Shown one piece after another: positions 1 through 11,690 of a stretch of DNA of 34,497 nt (positions are counted from its first letter, which is position 1; each line of letters starts with the position of its first letter). The DNA lies in contig RBZT01000371.1 in the NCBI GenBank assembly GCA_003693705.1, forward strand, positions 1 through 34,497, given 5' to 3'. The notes under the pieces were generated by a model. The model worked only from the letters and a program-made list of their open reading frames with translations. It was not told where the DNA came from and searched no databases. The translations under genes and the position numbers were made by a program. The DNA is from Polymyxa betae A26-41. Taxonomy: Eukaryota > Protista > Endomyxa: Phytomyxea.

Positions 1-1778
1 TCTACACCACGGGGACATCCACTGCTCAGTTTTCAGGATCAGATGGAGGTCTCTACATCGATCAAGATCTCGCTTCCATGACGACCGCGAATGGATGGGC
101 TGACGTTTGGGACTCTACTGCTAATGCATCGGTTCTGTACAAAGACAGTTCCCAGCTTCTGGTCACTTACGATTCAAAATCGGCAGCTATCGCTAAAGCA
201 AAATGGGTCGTGTCTAACGGGATTGCTGGTGTTGCCTTGCAGGATGTCAATGGCGATATGATCGCGAACAGATTAGGCACAACATTACTGCAGACCCTAC
301 AATCTCAAAGACCATGTCACATTTCAAAAGCGACCACAAAAAATCCTTCTACCAAGAAATTTATGAGATCAACAAGGATACAATCAAAAATAACCACGAG
401 GGCAGTGACTTCAAAAAAATGGGAAATAGCGTCGAGGAAAGCGACAACAGAACTACTGAAAACAGCTAGACATAGGTCGAGTTTGATAGAATCAACCCCA
501 ACCTCGAAGGTTTTGTTTAGCAAAAAACACACCAGTAGCTCCATGATTCTGCCTAGAATGACAAGCATCAAGGTGTCCATAATATTACTATCAATTTACA
601 GTTCTGACCTTCATTTTTAGAGATCCAATACAGAAATGGGGACTACAGAAACATCGACTACCTTTCTAGGATCAACCACAAAAGCTACCATGGCTTTTAG
701 TAAGTTGCTATCAGGACTGCAATCAGATCGCCCAACATCTGAACATACAACTCAAGCAATAGAGACAATAACTTTTAGAGATTCATCAACCCCATTTAGA
801 ACCACTTTAATGAGTGAAAGCGTCCCCAAGACATTATCAAGCTTGGCTAAAACGACATCGTTAACGGCAACTGGAATACCATCGGCCTCTATTGCGATTC
901 CGAGAACCATTATGTAAGTCCAAAATGGTGATGTTCTTTAAACAATGATACCTGCTTCAAGGATATTCCCTGACATCATCTCAATTGGCGCTGGATTTAG
1001 CTCTTGGAGTGTTTCTGTGTCTGTTTCTCTAGACACCACGTCTTATTCCATAACTGAACGTCAAAAACAAATTTCTTTTCTGTCTCAAAAGACAGCCCTG
1101 TTTTTGAAAATCAGCGATGATCGAATTGCGAACCTGCAGCTGATTTCCAATGATGATCACACAACGACAGTATTTTTCCTGATTCTTCCTCGAATATCAT
1201 CTGACGTCCTTGAAGGTGACGAAATTGCCTTCCTTTTTTCTTCACAAATGCAAGATATGTCAAGCGATTTAAGACAAAATAATATTTTACAATATGCTAG
1301 CCCGCCGCCCACTCATGTCACAATATTAACTGTGTTCGTTCGTCATTGTGATAACGACACTTATCAAGTCGTTGACAACCAGAAAGAACAATGTACCGTC
1401 GCTGCTCTACAATCGGCAACACCATTCTATATGCACAAGGGTGTAATCATGATTGTTGCAGGATCTACTTTGATCGTAATATGTTGTACAATTTTATATT
1501 GTGTCTTTAAGCAGTCCAGAACGATCAAGACTCTAGAGTCCCCTACTGCAATGACTTATGATAGTCGTCTAGTTGATGCCAATCCAGTCCAAACTGTACA
1601 ATCTGTATCTAGCCGAGAAGGTGGATTCCAAACGATAGCAACAGGTCTGAGGACTACTGCAAAAGATGGCTCGGTTACCTTCGGGACTGCTGATTCATAT
1701 CCGGAACCATGGGGACTTCCAACGTACTTTCACCAGCCGACATCCAGACCCAGAGGATTTGATGGCAACTCCTTATAA
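1..1778 (+). CDS. Membrane-anchored GH18 chitinase-like protein, 5' end outside the window. Order: GH18 C-terminal barrel, Ser/Thr-rich stalk, small juxtamembrane domain, TM helix, cytoplasmic tail
   Basis: WDSTANASVLY..TYDSKSAAIAKAKWVVSNGIAGVALQDVNGD resembles the GH18 beta7/beta8 end (YD..S...K..(Y/W)V...GLGG.M.W....D). Three ORFs are joined by short GT-AG introns (~572-620, ~914-961). Hydrophobic segment GVIMIVAGSTLIVICCTILYCVF. Confidence 0.65.
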
Positions 1779-1944
1779 ATCAATATTAATATCACTATCT
1801 AACTTAGGATTATACATACACTGAATCAACTTCCTTGTCTTCATGAAATGATGGTTTTAACAGCCAACTGCCAGCATAAAAGAATGCTATATTGAAGTCT
1901 ATGCTACAATTGGTATATTGAATATAGCTCGGAAAATTGATTTA

Positions 1945-3116
1945 TTAAATTACAGGATAGCGAGATGGATTTAGACTGACATCGCTCATTCTGAGCCTTT
2001 TACTTCGGCTTCTGAAAAGCCTAGACCGATACAACTTAGTGAATTGATGAAATAACAAGAAAATGCCCTACGTTCCCGAAGAAATTCACCTGTCAGTTCA
2101 TTTGCTGATTCTTCTTGATCCTTCAGTTTATCATACTTCGAAAATCAGTTTTGCATGAATGCATTTTTTAGCACACTACCTGCTCTGACGCACGGCGCTG
2201 ACGAGCCCGGCTGGCATACTCTAAATCAAACGACTCCGAGCTTGGCAATTCACGGTCATCTTCGTCATGAATAAAGATACAGCGCAAGCCAAAAGGGCAA
2301 CTTCCTGGCCAAGCCTCAGAATTTACGTCTGGCTCCGTTAGTCGCTACCAACCAGCAGTGTGGAATTTCTCGCATTTCGTGGTTTTGTAGTTTTTGTGAC
2401 GTTGAACAGGTCGCATTTCTTCATCTCCATGCCTAGATGGAAAGATTCCTTTAAAATCATATCACAGCAAGCATCAAAAGACGTACGCGAATTGGCATTT
2501 GATTCCGTATGGACATGACCCGATCGAAGCGAATGATCGGCATAGTTCAGTCTTGTACAGAATTATTGCTTTCTCTCCGGCGACGACAGCTGATTTGGAC
2601 GATGCATCACCTTCCTTATCTTTGTTGGAAGGTGAGCTGGACCACTGACGAGGAAATGTGTTATTGATAGGTTTAGAATCAGAGGACAAAGGGGTAGGAG
2701 CTGCCTTCGAAGAAAACAGACGTCCAGCTGCCTGCATACTGACGACAACGGCGTTAACCTGAAGTAAACGATTCAGTGGAAATCAACAAGCAGCGATGAG
2801 GTCAGATACCGATTGGCGACGGTTCGAGGGAGTTTGGGTTGAAACTCTCAGTTCCTTTGTTCCATGTGCAAATAGACATTTCGAATTGTATGGACATGTT
2901 CCTAGAACCAATTATTCAACAATAGATAAATCAGCAGCATTAAGGCGACTTACCAGTCTGCTCAAACGTTTTACAGATCTGGGTCTTATATTTAGCTGCG
3001 TTAACTGGCGATTGAACAGCACTAGAATTCTTCGATGATGGAGAAGATGATAGCGAAGCAGGTTTGGAGAATCGAGGTAAAGACGCCTTCTCGTTTGGGG
3101 AAAGGGGCTCAGACAT
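1945..3116 (-). CDS. TIS11/ZFP36-like CCCH zinc-finger RNA-binding protein (three fingers, several introns; start may lie further upstream at ~3233)
   Basis: Spliced translation gives KYKTQIC..CPYNSKCLFAHG, LYKTELC..CPYGIKCQFAHG and NYKTTKC..CPFGLRCIFIH, each with a YKT lead-in. Confidence 0.85.
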
Positions 3117-3554
3117 TTTTGCAAGTTTTCCTCAGATTACAGAAGTGAGCAAATCCTGAATTTTCCTCTTGTGTTATAACAAGAACGACGTTGCAAAATG
3201 CACAATGAGCCCATCTTCGAGCTGGTCTGTCATCAAGAGTCTTGATAGGCACACGACCAGAAAACGGCACGCGTCAGGGCCACATGACATCGTCGACATG
3301 CTGTGTTAGCCCACGAACGTTTCAGCTTCTGGCTGTACCCGAAAATCAGTTTAGATTTTGAAAGCTTCAGAACTAAGATGCATATCGACGCTAATAGGAT
3401 TTCTATTGGTAGCAATAAACCATCCATCTTTTGTTCAGTCTCAATAAAACAGAGCAATCAAAAACCTCAGAAAAGGATTTAGATTATGGTCTAGATTGTT
3501 GCCGCTTTAATCCTTCATTCGAGAATATCTTTCTCATTCGGGTTCATTCATTCG

Positions 3555-3563
3555 TTAGGGTTT
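3555..3563 (-). promoter_or_regulatory. Telo-box-like motif (AAACCCTAA) in the divergent CCCH/P4-ATPase intergenic region
   Basis: TTAGGGTTT on the + strand between two divergent genes. Confidence 0.25.
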
Positions 3564-3878
3564 CTGTCGTTAGCATTTGTCGCCCTCTGGCGGTCTTGAA
3601 CATCATTAATCCTCGGTAATATGAGGATTTCTCATTGATTGAGATGAAATGAGAGAGCAGGGAAGAGCCCGTGGGGTAGAAACTTGTTCAATACTACTAC
3701 ATATTTGCTGTTGTAGATTAAGTGTGTTTTATCTGCTGTTACATATCGCATAAGTATATAGATAGGTGGGAGCCTTCACTCCCTTCACTTCACATTCTCT
3801 CACAAATCGTCATGCCATAGACATCCCTGCTGATCACAGATATTTGCCCCGATCCTGGTACGGCTGGCAACACTGGCA

Positions 3879-6800
3879 ATGGCGACAGATTCGGCCGGGT
3901 TTCCCCGCCGAATTACGGTGCAACGAACACCACCAGATGGGGATCTGAAGCCCACAATTATCTCAAAATTGGAGCCATGCGATAACACGATCCGCACATC
4001 TCGATATACCTTGCTAACATTTCTGCCCATGAATCTATTTGAGCAATTTATGCACCCTGCGAATTTCTTCTTTCTAGTCGTTGGTGTGTTGCAATCGCTG
4101 AGAGCTGTCAGCACAACTGAAGGAGTTCCAACAATTGCTATTCCTTTAACTGTAGTGCTTTGTGTAAGTGGGATTCGTGCTGCTGTTGAGGATTATAGAA
4201 GGTCTCTATGTTTCTTTAATACTATGAGTGCTGTTAAAAAGTCTGCTTATTAGACATCGAAGCGATAATGAGCAAGCCAGACGAAAATACTTGCACTGTA
4301 GTGAAATGCTGCCTTCGTCGAATGTCAAGTTTATCCCCATCGAATCGGGTCATATTATACCGGGTCATCTAATCAAAGTTGAGGCAGGTTGATGCTCTTA
4401 AAGCCTGGTTGTATCTTTATTGATATGACATAGGGCAGGACATGCCTGCCGATTTAGTATTCCTTCGTTCTTCTCATCCGAGAGGTCATTGTTTTGTTGA
4501 AACTTCTAATTTGGATGGAGAGACGACCCTGAAGGTATGACCTGCTATATCCCATTTTTTAAACGTTATTGACACATCTTAATTTGTCAAGGTGAAGTCC
4601 TCGGTGCTGCCAATGCATGCAGATAATTGGTTGAACTTTGATTATCTCAACATGGCCGTTGAAGATCCCAATCCTGATCTGGACTCTTTCAAAGGCGAAT
4701 TAGTAATATCATACTCTAAGGAAGGCGAACAATCCCAGGTCTTGCAAATCTGTGAATTTGGGCCTGTCCTGAAATAGTATTAACAGCTCACCCAACGAGT
4801 TCAGCTGACGCCGCAAAATATTTTGCTTCGGGGAACTTTACTAAAGAATACAGATTATATCATCGGTAAGCTCTATAAAATCTCAAAACTTTGTTGCTTA
4901 TTTTCATGAAGGCGTCGTTGTATATACTGGCGAGCAAACCAAGATTCGCTGTAGCTCGTCGACTTTGAGTAAAGGCATCAAAGGCTTAAAGATGTCTACA
5001 CAATCAATTGTTGCTAACAAGTATGTATCAGCTCTTCAAGTTATATTCGTTCTGAGTTTAGTTTTAAACAAGGATGATGCTTCGGATGTTTTCACTTCAG
5101 ATTCTATTATGTGCTATTGCTGCTGTGGCAAGCCAGGTGGATCCTCGGATTCTCTTGGTTGCATTTTCTTAATTATTTCTAGATATGGATGTCGACTACA
5201 TTGATAGAGCACAGATATTTGCTCATTAATCGGCACGATTTACATTTGGAAGGTGCCAAGCGACTGTTCACTTACTTCATTTTGTTATCGCAAATGGTTC
5301 CAATATCATTTGTGGTATGCCCAATCAGAAGGCGTGTTATCCATAGCTTATCTTGTTAAGGTTACTATCGAAATGGTGAAAGCATTACAGGTTCTTCTCA
5401 TTATGGCCGACTACTCTTTCAAAAATACGGTTGTCAAAACCAGCGCTTTGACGGACGAATTAGGTCAGATCGGCTTCGTCGTTTCGGACAAAACCGGGAC
5501 ATTAACAGAGTATGAATAATGGTCAGCATACTGCTGTTCATGTTCACTGAAATGTCTGAATTTTTTAGAAACCGCATGCAGCTCAGACAGATCATATGTG
5601 GAGCCTCTCTTCGAAGTTTCGGTTCTGGAACTTCTGTAACCACCCGATCGCCTTTCCGGCTCTATATATTTATTAAAGTTCAACTCAGGAGATCCATGCG
5701 AGGTTGACAGCTGCTGACGGCTGTGATAACGATGCCAATCTAAAATTGCGTTGGTCTCATATTTTACGAACTCAAATTAGTGCAAGACGACGTTGCTCAG
5801 TGTCCTCTGGAGTCGACAATGATATTGGTATTCATTGTACGAGCGTTTCCACACTTTTTTCATTTCAGGTTGTTCTAGATTCCAGGAATATCAACACCTT
5901 TGATGGCCGTAATGAATTGAACGCTGCAATTTCTAGACAGGATACTGATGCCATCAGAATGCTGATGCATTGTGCGTTAAGCAACACTATCACCCCGGTC
6001 CAGGATAACGTTTCTAAAGCTGACAAATCTGTAAACTCTTTGATCGTGACATCGAATCTGTTCATTATCCTGCTGTTAGATAATTTATCAATCAAGCTCT
6101 CCTGATGAACTAGAACTTTGTGAATTTGCTCGCTCGATGGGGTATGAATTACTCAGAACTAACCCTGACACGATCATGAAGCTGCCCAGTTCTGGGAGCG
6201 AAACGCTTGTTTATAAACCCCTCCGCCTTGCTGCTCTAGGTAAATTCTTTATTACTGTTTTTTTTGTGGCTGAAAATCAACCAGAGTTCAATAGCAAACG
6301 AAAAAGAGTCACTATCATTTACAAACATACTGATTCAATAACAATCATGACGAAGGGTAGTTTGCCTATGCTAAGCAATTGATTTTCGTGCTCAGTAACA
6401 CGTGGTATTAGGTGCTGATAATGTCATTTTGCCGTTATTGTCTGAACCATGTCCTGATGACCTCCCTCAACATTTAGCTTTACTTGCCGAACGCGGCCTA
6501 AGGACATTAGGTTACATTATTCGCCTACATTTATGTGAATCTAATATCAGTCACTCAGTTTTTGCTGAAGGACATCAACCAAGCTCATGGTGGGACAAGT
6601 GGAATCAAATATGGGAGCAGACGTGCCAATTGCCGGAAGATAGTCACGAGCAGGGTCATTCACGTGGAAGGTGACTGTTTTATTAACGACATTTGTTATA
6701 TTGATAGTTAATAGTTGTACCGATAAATGTCGGATCTGTGATATCGCTGCACAAATCGAGCGTGACGCGGGTCTGAAATTTGTGGGAGGAACCGGATTGG

Positions 6801-8662
6801 AAGATTCATTACAGGTTTGTCGTTGTTTTTGTGTGTATCAGTATGTCGTTGATCCAGAATAAAGTTTTTGGTTCCAGAAACGGTTGCTCAGTTGCGTCAA
6901 GCTGGTATTCGATTGGTTATGCTAACGGGAGATAAACCTGAAACGGCCTTCTCGATCGCGTTGGCTGCAAGTTTCATTGCAAGAAGGACTCTTACGATCG
7001 CATTTCTCAATGAAAGCACCGACTCTTTCGTTAACACCTTAAATGAGGTTTGATCCCCCGTAATATCCTGATCAGACATTGATGCAAAGTGCTTAGGCCG
7101 AAAAATCCTTAGAACAGCAGCCGTCACGTCATTTTGCCATGACTATCGAAGGTGCAGCACTTCATGCTCTGCTTGAACAAGATCAAAAGGTTATTGATCG
7201 ATTCCTCAGGTTTGTTTGTCTGAATGTCTCAATCCATTACTCTCAATAATCGCTATACTAGGCTACATGCACATCCGTGTTGCCAAGCATTGATTTGTGC
7301 TCGAGCGACTCCAGCGTTGAAAGCAGCCGTGGTTCTGCATCTTCGACGATATCATAAGCGTAACTTGGGCTCTGTTCTGGCAATTGTATGTATAATCGCT
7401 CTTCGCAAGCGCCATTCAGTCTTAAGTTTCTTAGGGAGATGGGGCTAACGATGAAGAAATGATAATACGCGCTGACGTTGGTATCGGAATTTCAGGCCTT
7501 GAAGTACTTCATCGACATTCGCCAATCTATATCATTTGACCCCTTACAATTTTACAGGGTTCGGCTGCAGCGCGTGCAGCCGATTTCAGTATTAACTCGT
7601 TCAGGGAGCTGCACACATTATTGTTTGTACATGGTGCCTGGAACTATGATCGAATCTCTAAAGTCTCACATTTCATTTTCTATAAGGTGGGTGAGCACGT
7701 CTGCAGTGTTAGTTAACCTAGTAAATTGCTTGCTTTAGTCTGCACTTATTCCCATAGGAATGTTCGTTTTCGGCATGGTCTCTGCTTATAGCGGGACGCA
7801 GCTGTATCCAGAAGGACTGAACACAGTAAACAGTGTTTTCTTCACAGGTGCAGTACTCCAGTACTCTCTCTTTGATATATCACCAATCGTCTCTAGGGTT
7901 GCCTATTATCGTGATCGGAGTATTTGATCGTTTCCTAGATCGGCAGCAGCTAGAAGACTTCTCCTCAGAGATGTATGTATGTCATTTACCACTAAGCAGT
8001 ATCTTACTGGTGATTCTAGTTATCGATCCATCCGAAGATCGGCCTTATTCAACGAGTGGAGTTTTCTCAGGTGGTTTATTAGCAGTTGCTTTGATGGAAT
8101 CATTGTGTTTGCTCTGGTCTTCTATGTGACGGATAATGGCGATCTCTCTGGGAACAGTATTGAGGCTTCTTCAACAGCAGCGTTTACAGCATTGTTCTTA
8201 ATCGTATGGGAACGAATTACAATATGTTTCTCCTTTTGACGAAATATCTCGTAGGTTACTCTAAGATGCCTGATTTTATCCTCATCGATAACTTTTCTTC
8301 ATATTTTCGCATGCGCCATTTGTGTGACGTTGTATGTGATGGTCTGCTTCACATTAAGTAAACGAGACAAAATGTGCTCACTCACACGATTTTAAGTTTG
8401 AAATTGACAGATCGCCTTTCATTTTCCGGAATCTACGGAGTCGTTCATCACCTTTTAACAAGGCGTTTCGCTCCTTTTGTATTCTTTACCATTTTTCTTA
8501 CCGTTGCAATCTCAATACTATCGTACATGTCAGTTTTAGCTTTGGATGTTTTTTTGCATAAGAGCAGACTAGAAGAAGTAAGTTATTGCTAGCGCTGTTT
8601 CTTGAATAAATCTAAGTGGTCTGTAACAGGTTAGGAGAGTAGTCGCGACGCAGTCAATATAA
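3879..8662 (+). CDS. P4-type ATPase (phospholipid flippase), about 24 short introns
   Basis: Motifs recovered across exons: [89 protein letters not shown]-terminal TM helices follow. Confidence 0.95.
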
Positions 8663-8715
8663 TGCAAAGACCTCCCTACAGCTACAAGTATAATAAATTA
8701 TTAATAGTACAAAGT

Positions 8716-9370
8716 TTATTCATTTGGGAACGGTGGCATGCAATCACCAAGCGATTTGAACGTAGGATCGAGATTGATTTCAAGGACTACCCCATCTAGA
8801 GTTGACTTAGATCCTTGTTCCAAAATCTTTTTCGCATCAGCTTCGCTTGAGAAAGTGACCGTTGCCTTTCTCATACTAGCACCATGCCTTACAAACAGAT
8901 GCGTATTGATTATGGAGCCGAATTGAGAGAAGTACCGAGTAAGTTGCTCTTCGGTCGTCGACGGAGATAAATTTTGGATGAACAGACGAGTCCCATGACC
9001 TTCTATAGGGAACCCGAAACGATGTTTTGTCCATTTTCGCGATAGATCACTCCAGACGTGTATCGGCGTTCCATCCAAAAGATATTTCTCCCTTCGACCG
9101 ATTTTGAAAGCAACTCCGACTGATTCGTAAAGAAAAAACTGAAGTAATCAACAAAGGCGACAGATTCTTGTCCGATCATACCTTGATTTGAACTTGAGGA
9201 CTCCGCCTACCGACCTCGTCATAACTAAAACAGACCGTCCTAACGGGCCCACAGGGGCTGAACAAAGCAACAATTTGCTGTGCCCTAGCCGTGCTTGGAA
9301 CAGGGTAGATTGTGACCACTTTGGTTAAAAGCTCAACTGATAATCGATTAAATGCCGAGCAGGTCGGCAT
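8716..9370 (-). CDS. RRM-domain protein (~203 aa; intron 9139-9181)
   Basis: RLFIQNLSPSTTEEQLTRYFSQFGSI is an RNP2/helix signature. A 43-nt GT-AG intron joins the upstream divergent RRM-like exon in frame. Confidence 0.8.
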
Positions 9371-9543
9371 GGATGTGGTCAGGTCAGGTTGAGATGGTTT
9401 GATGTGGCGCAGCCTTCTTCAAATACAGTCTGCCATCTTGCTCGTTAGCCCTGTCGATTTCGCAGGAGACCCAACCATCAAGCATCATCGAGGCCAACCA
9501 GTAGCTGAAATCCACAGGAGAACACAGGAATTTTATTTTTTTA

Positions 9544-9853
9544 GGCTATTATGGCATTCTACTTCATGAAGACGACATGGAGCCTTGTCACTCGCTGCCT
9601 TCTTGACCTAAAGTATGCTCATCCATGTGACCGAGGAACATGCAGAGAGGCCTCCTGAGTCTGCTTGAAGAGAACACCAAGGATATTCCAATTTGAAGGC
9701 AGTCTCTCTTGATCATACATTAAGGGCAGAGGTCTCCCTCAGCCTGGCCTCTTACAGCCGCAGCGTGACTTGAAGAACCGAAGGTGAATCGGTCGAACGG
9801 GTGCTTCGAGCCCTTGTGATTGTAATGATCAGTCTGTAGCCGAATTCGGTTAG
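9544..9853 (+). other. Candidate structured RNA element or small ncRNA (~300 nt), unassigned
   Basis: No ORF. Helices 9544-49/9836-41, 9595-602/9695-702, 9710-16/9825-31, 9721-27/9810-16, 9728-34/9746-52 and 9777-81/9789-93, with G-U pairs on the + strand. Confidence 0.35.
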
Positions 9854-10031
9854 TGTGTGTTGTGATGCTTGAACTTTTATAAGCCCAAGTCTATTTTATC
9901 CAATAATCAGTCTTGTGCCTTGTTTGTGTTCTGTTCCTGTGCCTTTAATATTTGCGCGACTGCGCAGATATTTTCTGCGAATTTCACGACGCAGATCTGT
10001 CCTTCTTGTAATTTCATTTCTATCATCTTGA

Positions 10032-11195
10032 ATGGCTGCTATAGCTCATCCTCCTCAAACTGGCATTCTCCGAACGAAATCGGAATCCGATGCCGGTGTC
10101 GCTGGCCGCGATATTCATGGCCGTCGAAATGCGATCTGCTTCCCGACTTCACCAAGGCGACTTGAACGTCGGAATGCCATTTGCGAGGCGTTGGATTTGG
10201 TGTCAGTTCATTGCCTTTTGGAATTTCGATTAGGACGTATGCCGTTATGGATATCGGAAGGCGTCGAGGAGACCCCAGTAGGATTTGACGGAATAGCGTT
10301 TGATGCATTCTCGTGGTCGGAAGACGACATTTGCAGATGCTTGAAATGGATTCTCTGCGATTCGGATCTGTTTGGGAAATATGATTTTGATGAAGGTCTT
10401 GTTACATCGTTTATCAATCAAGTTCGAATGGGTTATGCTAAGTATTCCAATCCCTATCACTGCTTTCGACATGCATTCGATGTGACCCAATTCTGCTATG
10501 TGCTATTATCTGTTGGCAAAGCCAGCTGTATTTTAACTCAAGACGAGGCTCTTGGTTTGATTATTGCAGCTATCTGTCATGATCTTGAGCATCCAGGCAC
10601 CGATTTTGCCTTTCAATCTGCTATTGGATCTCATCTTTCCAACACATATCTCGGATACGAATCACCACTCGAAGCCCATCATCTCACCTGCGCTTTAATG
10701 ATTCTTAACGATCCTGGCTCCAATATCTTCTGCCATCTTCCTGAAGAACGTCGTCGTCTTATATTGGATATTGTCAGGGAGTGTATTCTAGCTACTGATA
10801 TGGCTCGTCATAACGATATTCTTGCCGACTGGCGTAGCCGATCTCCAGATGAACGTGGGTCGCTGAATATGCTGCTGCTTCGTCTGCTGATTAAGATGGC
10901 CGATATCTCCAACGTCTGCAGGCCATGGCCAATCAGCGTTCAATGGTCGCAGAAGCTAATCGATGAGCTCATGCGAGTTCATGATTCGGTGATCGGTCTG
11001 GGCCACGTCCCAAACAGTTTCCTCAGCAGCATCGCTTCTGAACCCGACAGGGTCGTCAGGTCGTTCGCACTGAACTGTGCCCGTCCTTTGCTAGAAACAA
11101 TTATCGAGGTCCTGCCGTTAACCAGGCCACTGCAATCTGTCCTTGATTCCAACGCTGCTCAATGGAATCATGGTAATCGCGATCCGCCTGAATGA
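10032..11195 (+). CDS. Class I cyclic-nucleotide phosphodiesterase-like protein (PDEase_I/HD domain), intronless and atypical
   Basis: NPYHCFRHAFDV, AICHDLEHPG, LEAHH, ILATDMARH, IKMADISNVCRP. The metal-ligand His/His/Asp/Asp residues are present. Confidence 0.92.
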   Translation: MAAIAHPPQTGILRTKSESDAGVAGRDIHGRRNAICFPTSPRRLERRNAICEALDLVSVHCLLEFRLGRMPLWISEGVEETPVGFDGIAFDAFSWSEDDICRCLKWILCDSDLFGKYDFDEGLVTSFINQVRMGYAKYSNPYHCFRHAFDVTQFCYVLLSVGKASCILTQDEALGLIIAAICHDLEHPGTDFAFQSAIGSHLSNTYLGYESPLEAHHLTCALMILNDPGSNIFCHLPEERRRLILDIVRECILATDMARHNDILADWRSRSPDERGSLNMLLLRLLIKMADISNVCRPWPISVQWSQKLIDELMRVHDSVIGLGHVPNSFLSSIASEPDRVVRSFALNCARPLLETIIEVLPLTRPLQSVLDSNAAQWNHGNRDPPE

Positions 11196-11690
11196 ATTGT
11201 GTTCGTGAATGTGAAGGGTTTGTGTGAACAATATCGTCATGAAGGCAATCTAATTCAATGTCGGATCTCATCATGACGTGATGCTTCGCTGTTATATAGT
11301 GTCAAGCGTTTTATTTGTATTATCAGATCTTCGTCTTAACCTGCTCTCAAATAAATCTATTTATTATCATCATTTGGAAAGGTGCTGTTATTAATTTGCT
11401 AGAACGAGATGTTCCTTTTACCGTTGTGTGATGATATTCTTCAAATATCACTGGTATAGCAGAGATAGTATGGATAGATGGCCCGACATTAACAGTCGTT
11501 TTAGATCTGTTTCCACGATTCTTCGTAGCTTGTCGTCTTCAGATTGCTTGAGACCTGCTTGCTGAACAATCTGTAGTTAGATGAGTTTTATGATCAATTA
11601 TTCGAATTCCAAAGAACAAAGATCATCTCTGAGCTCAACATCCAGTGCAATTACATTTAGATCGTTCAGCATAACTTCGAACTTGTTAGT

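Noticed and set aside
5630-5770. Apparent frameshift or non-canonical intron in the flippase
   Set aside because: Resolved by a normal GT-AG intron 5636-5688 giving GTS|EIHARL.
9585-9770. SRP helix 8 (minus strand), U3 box B (AGCGTGA) and snR30 m1 (ATATTCC) look-alikes
   Set aside because: Each lacks its required partner motifs or geometry.
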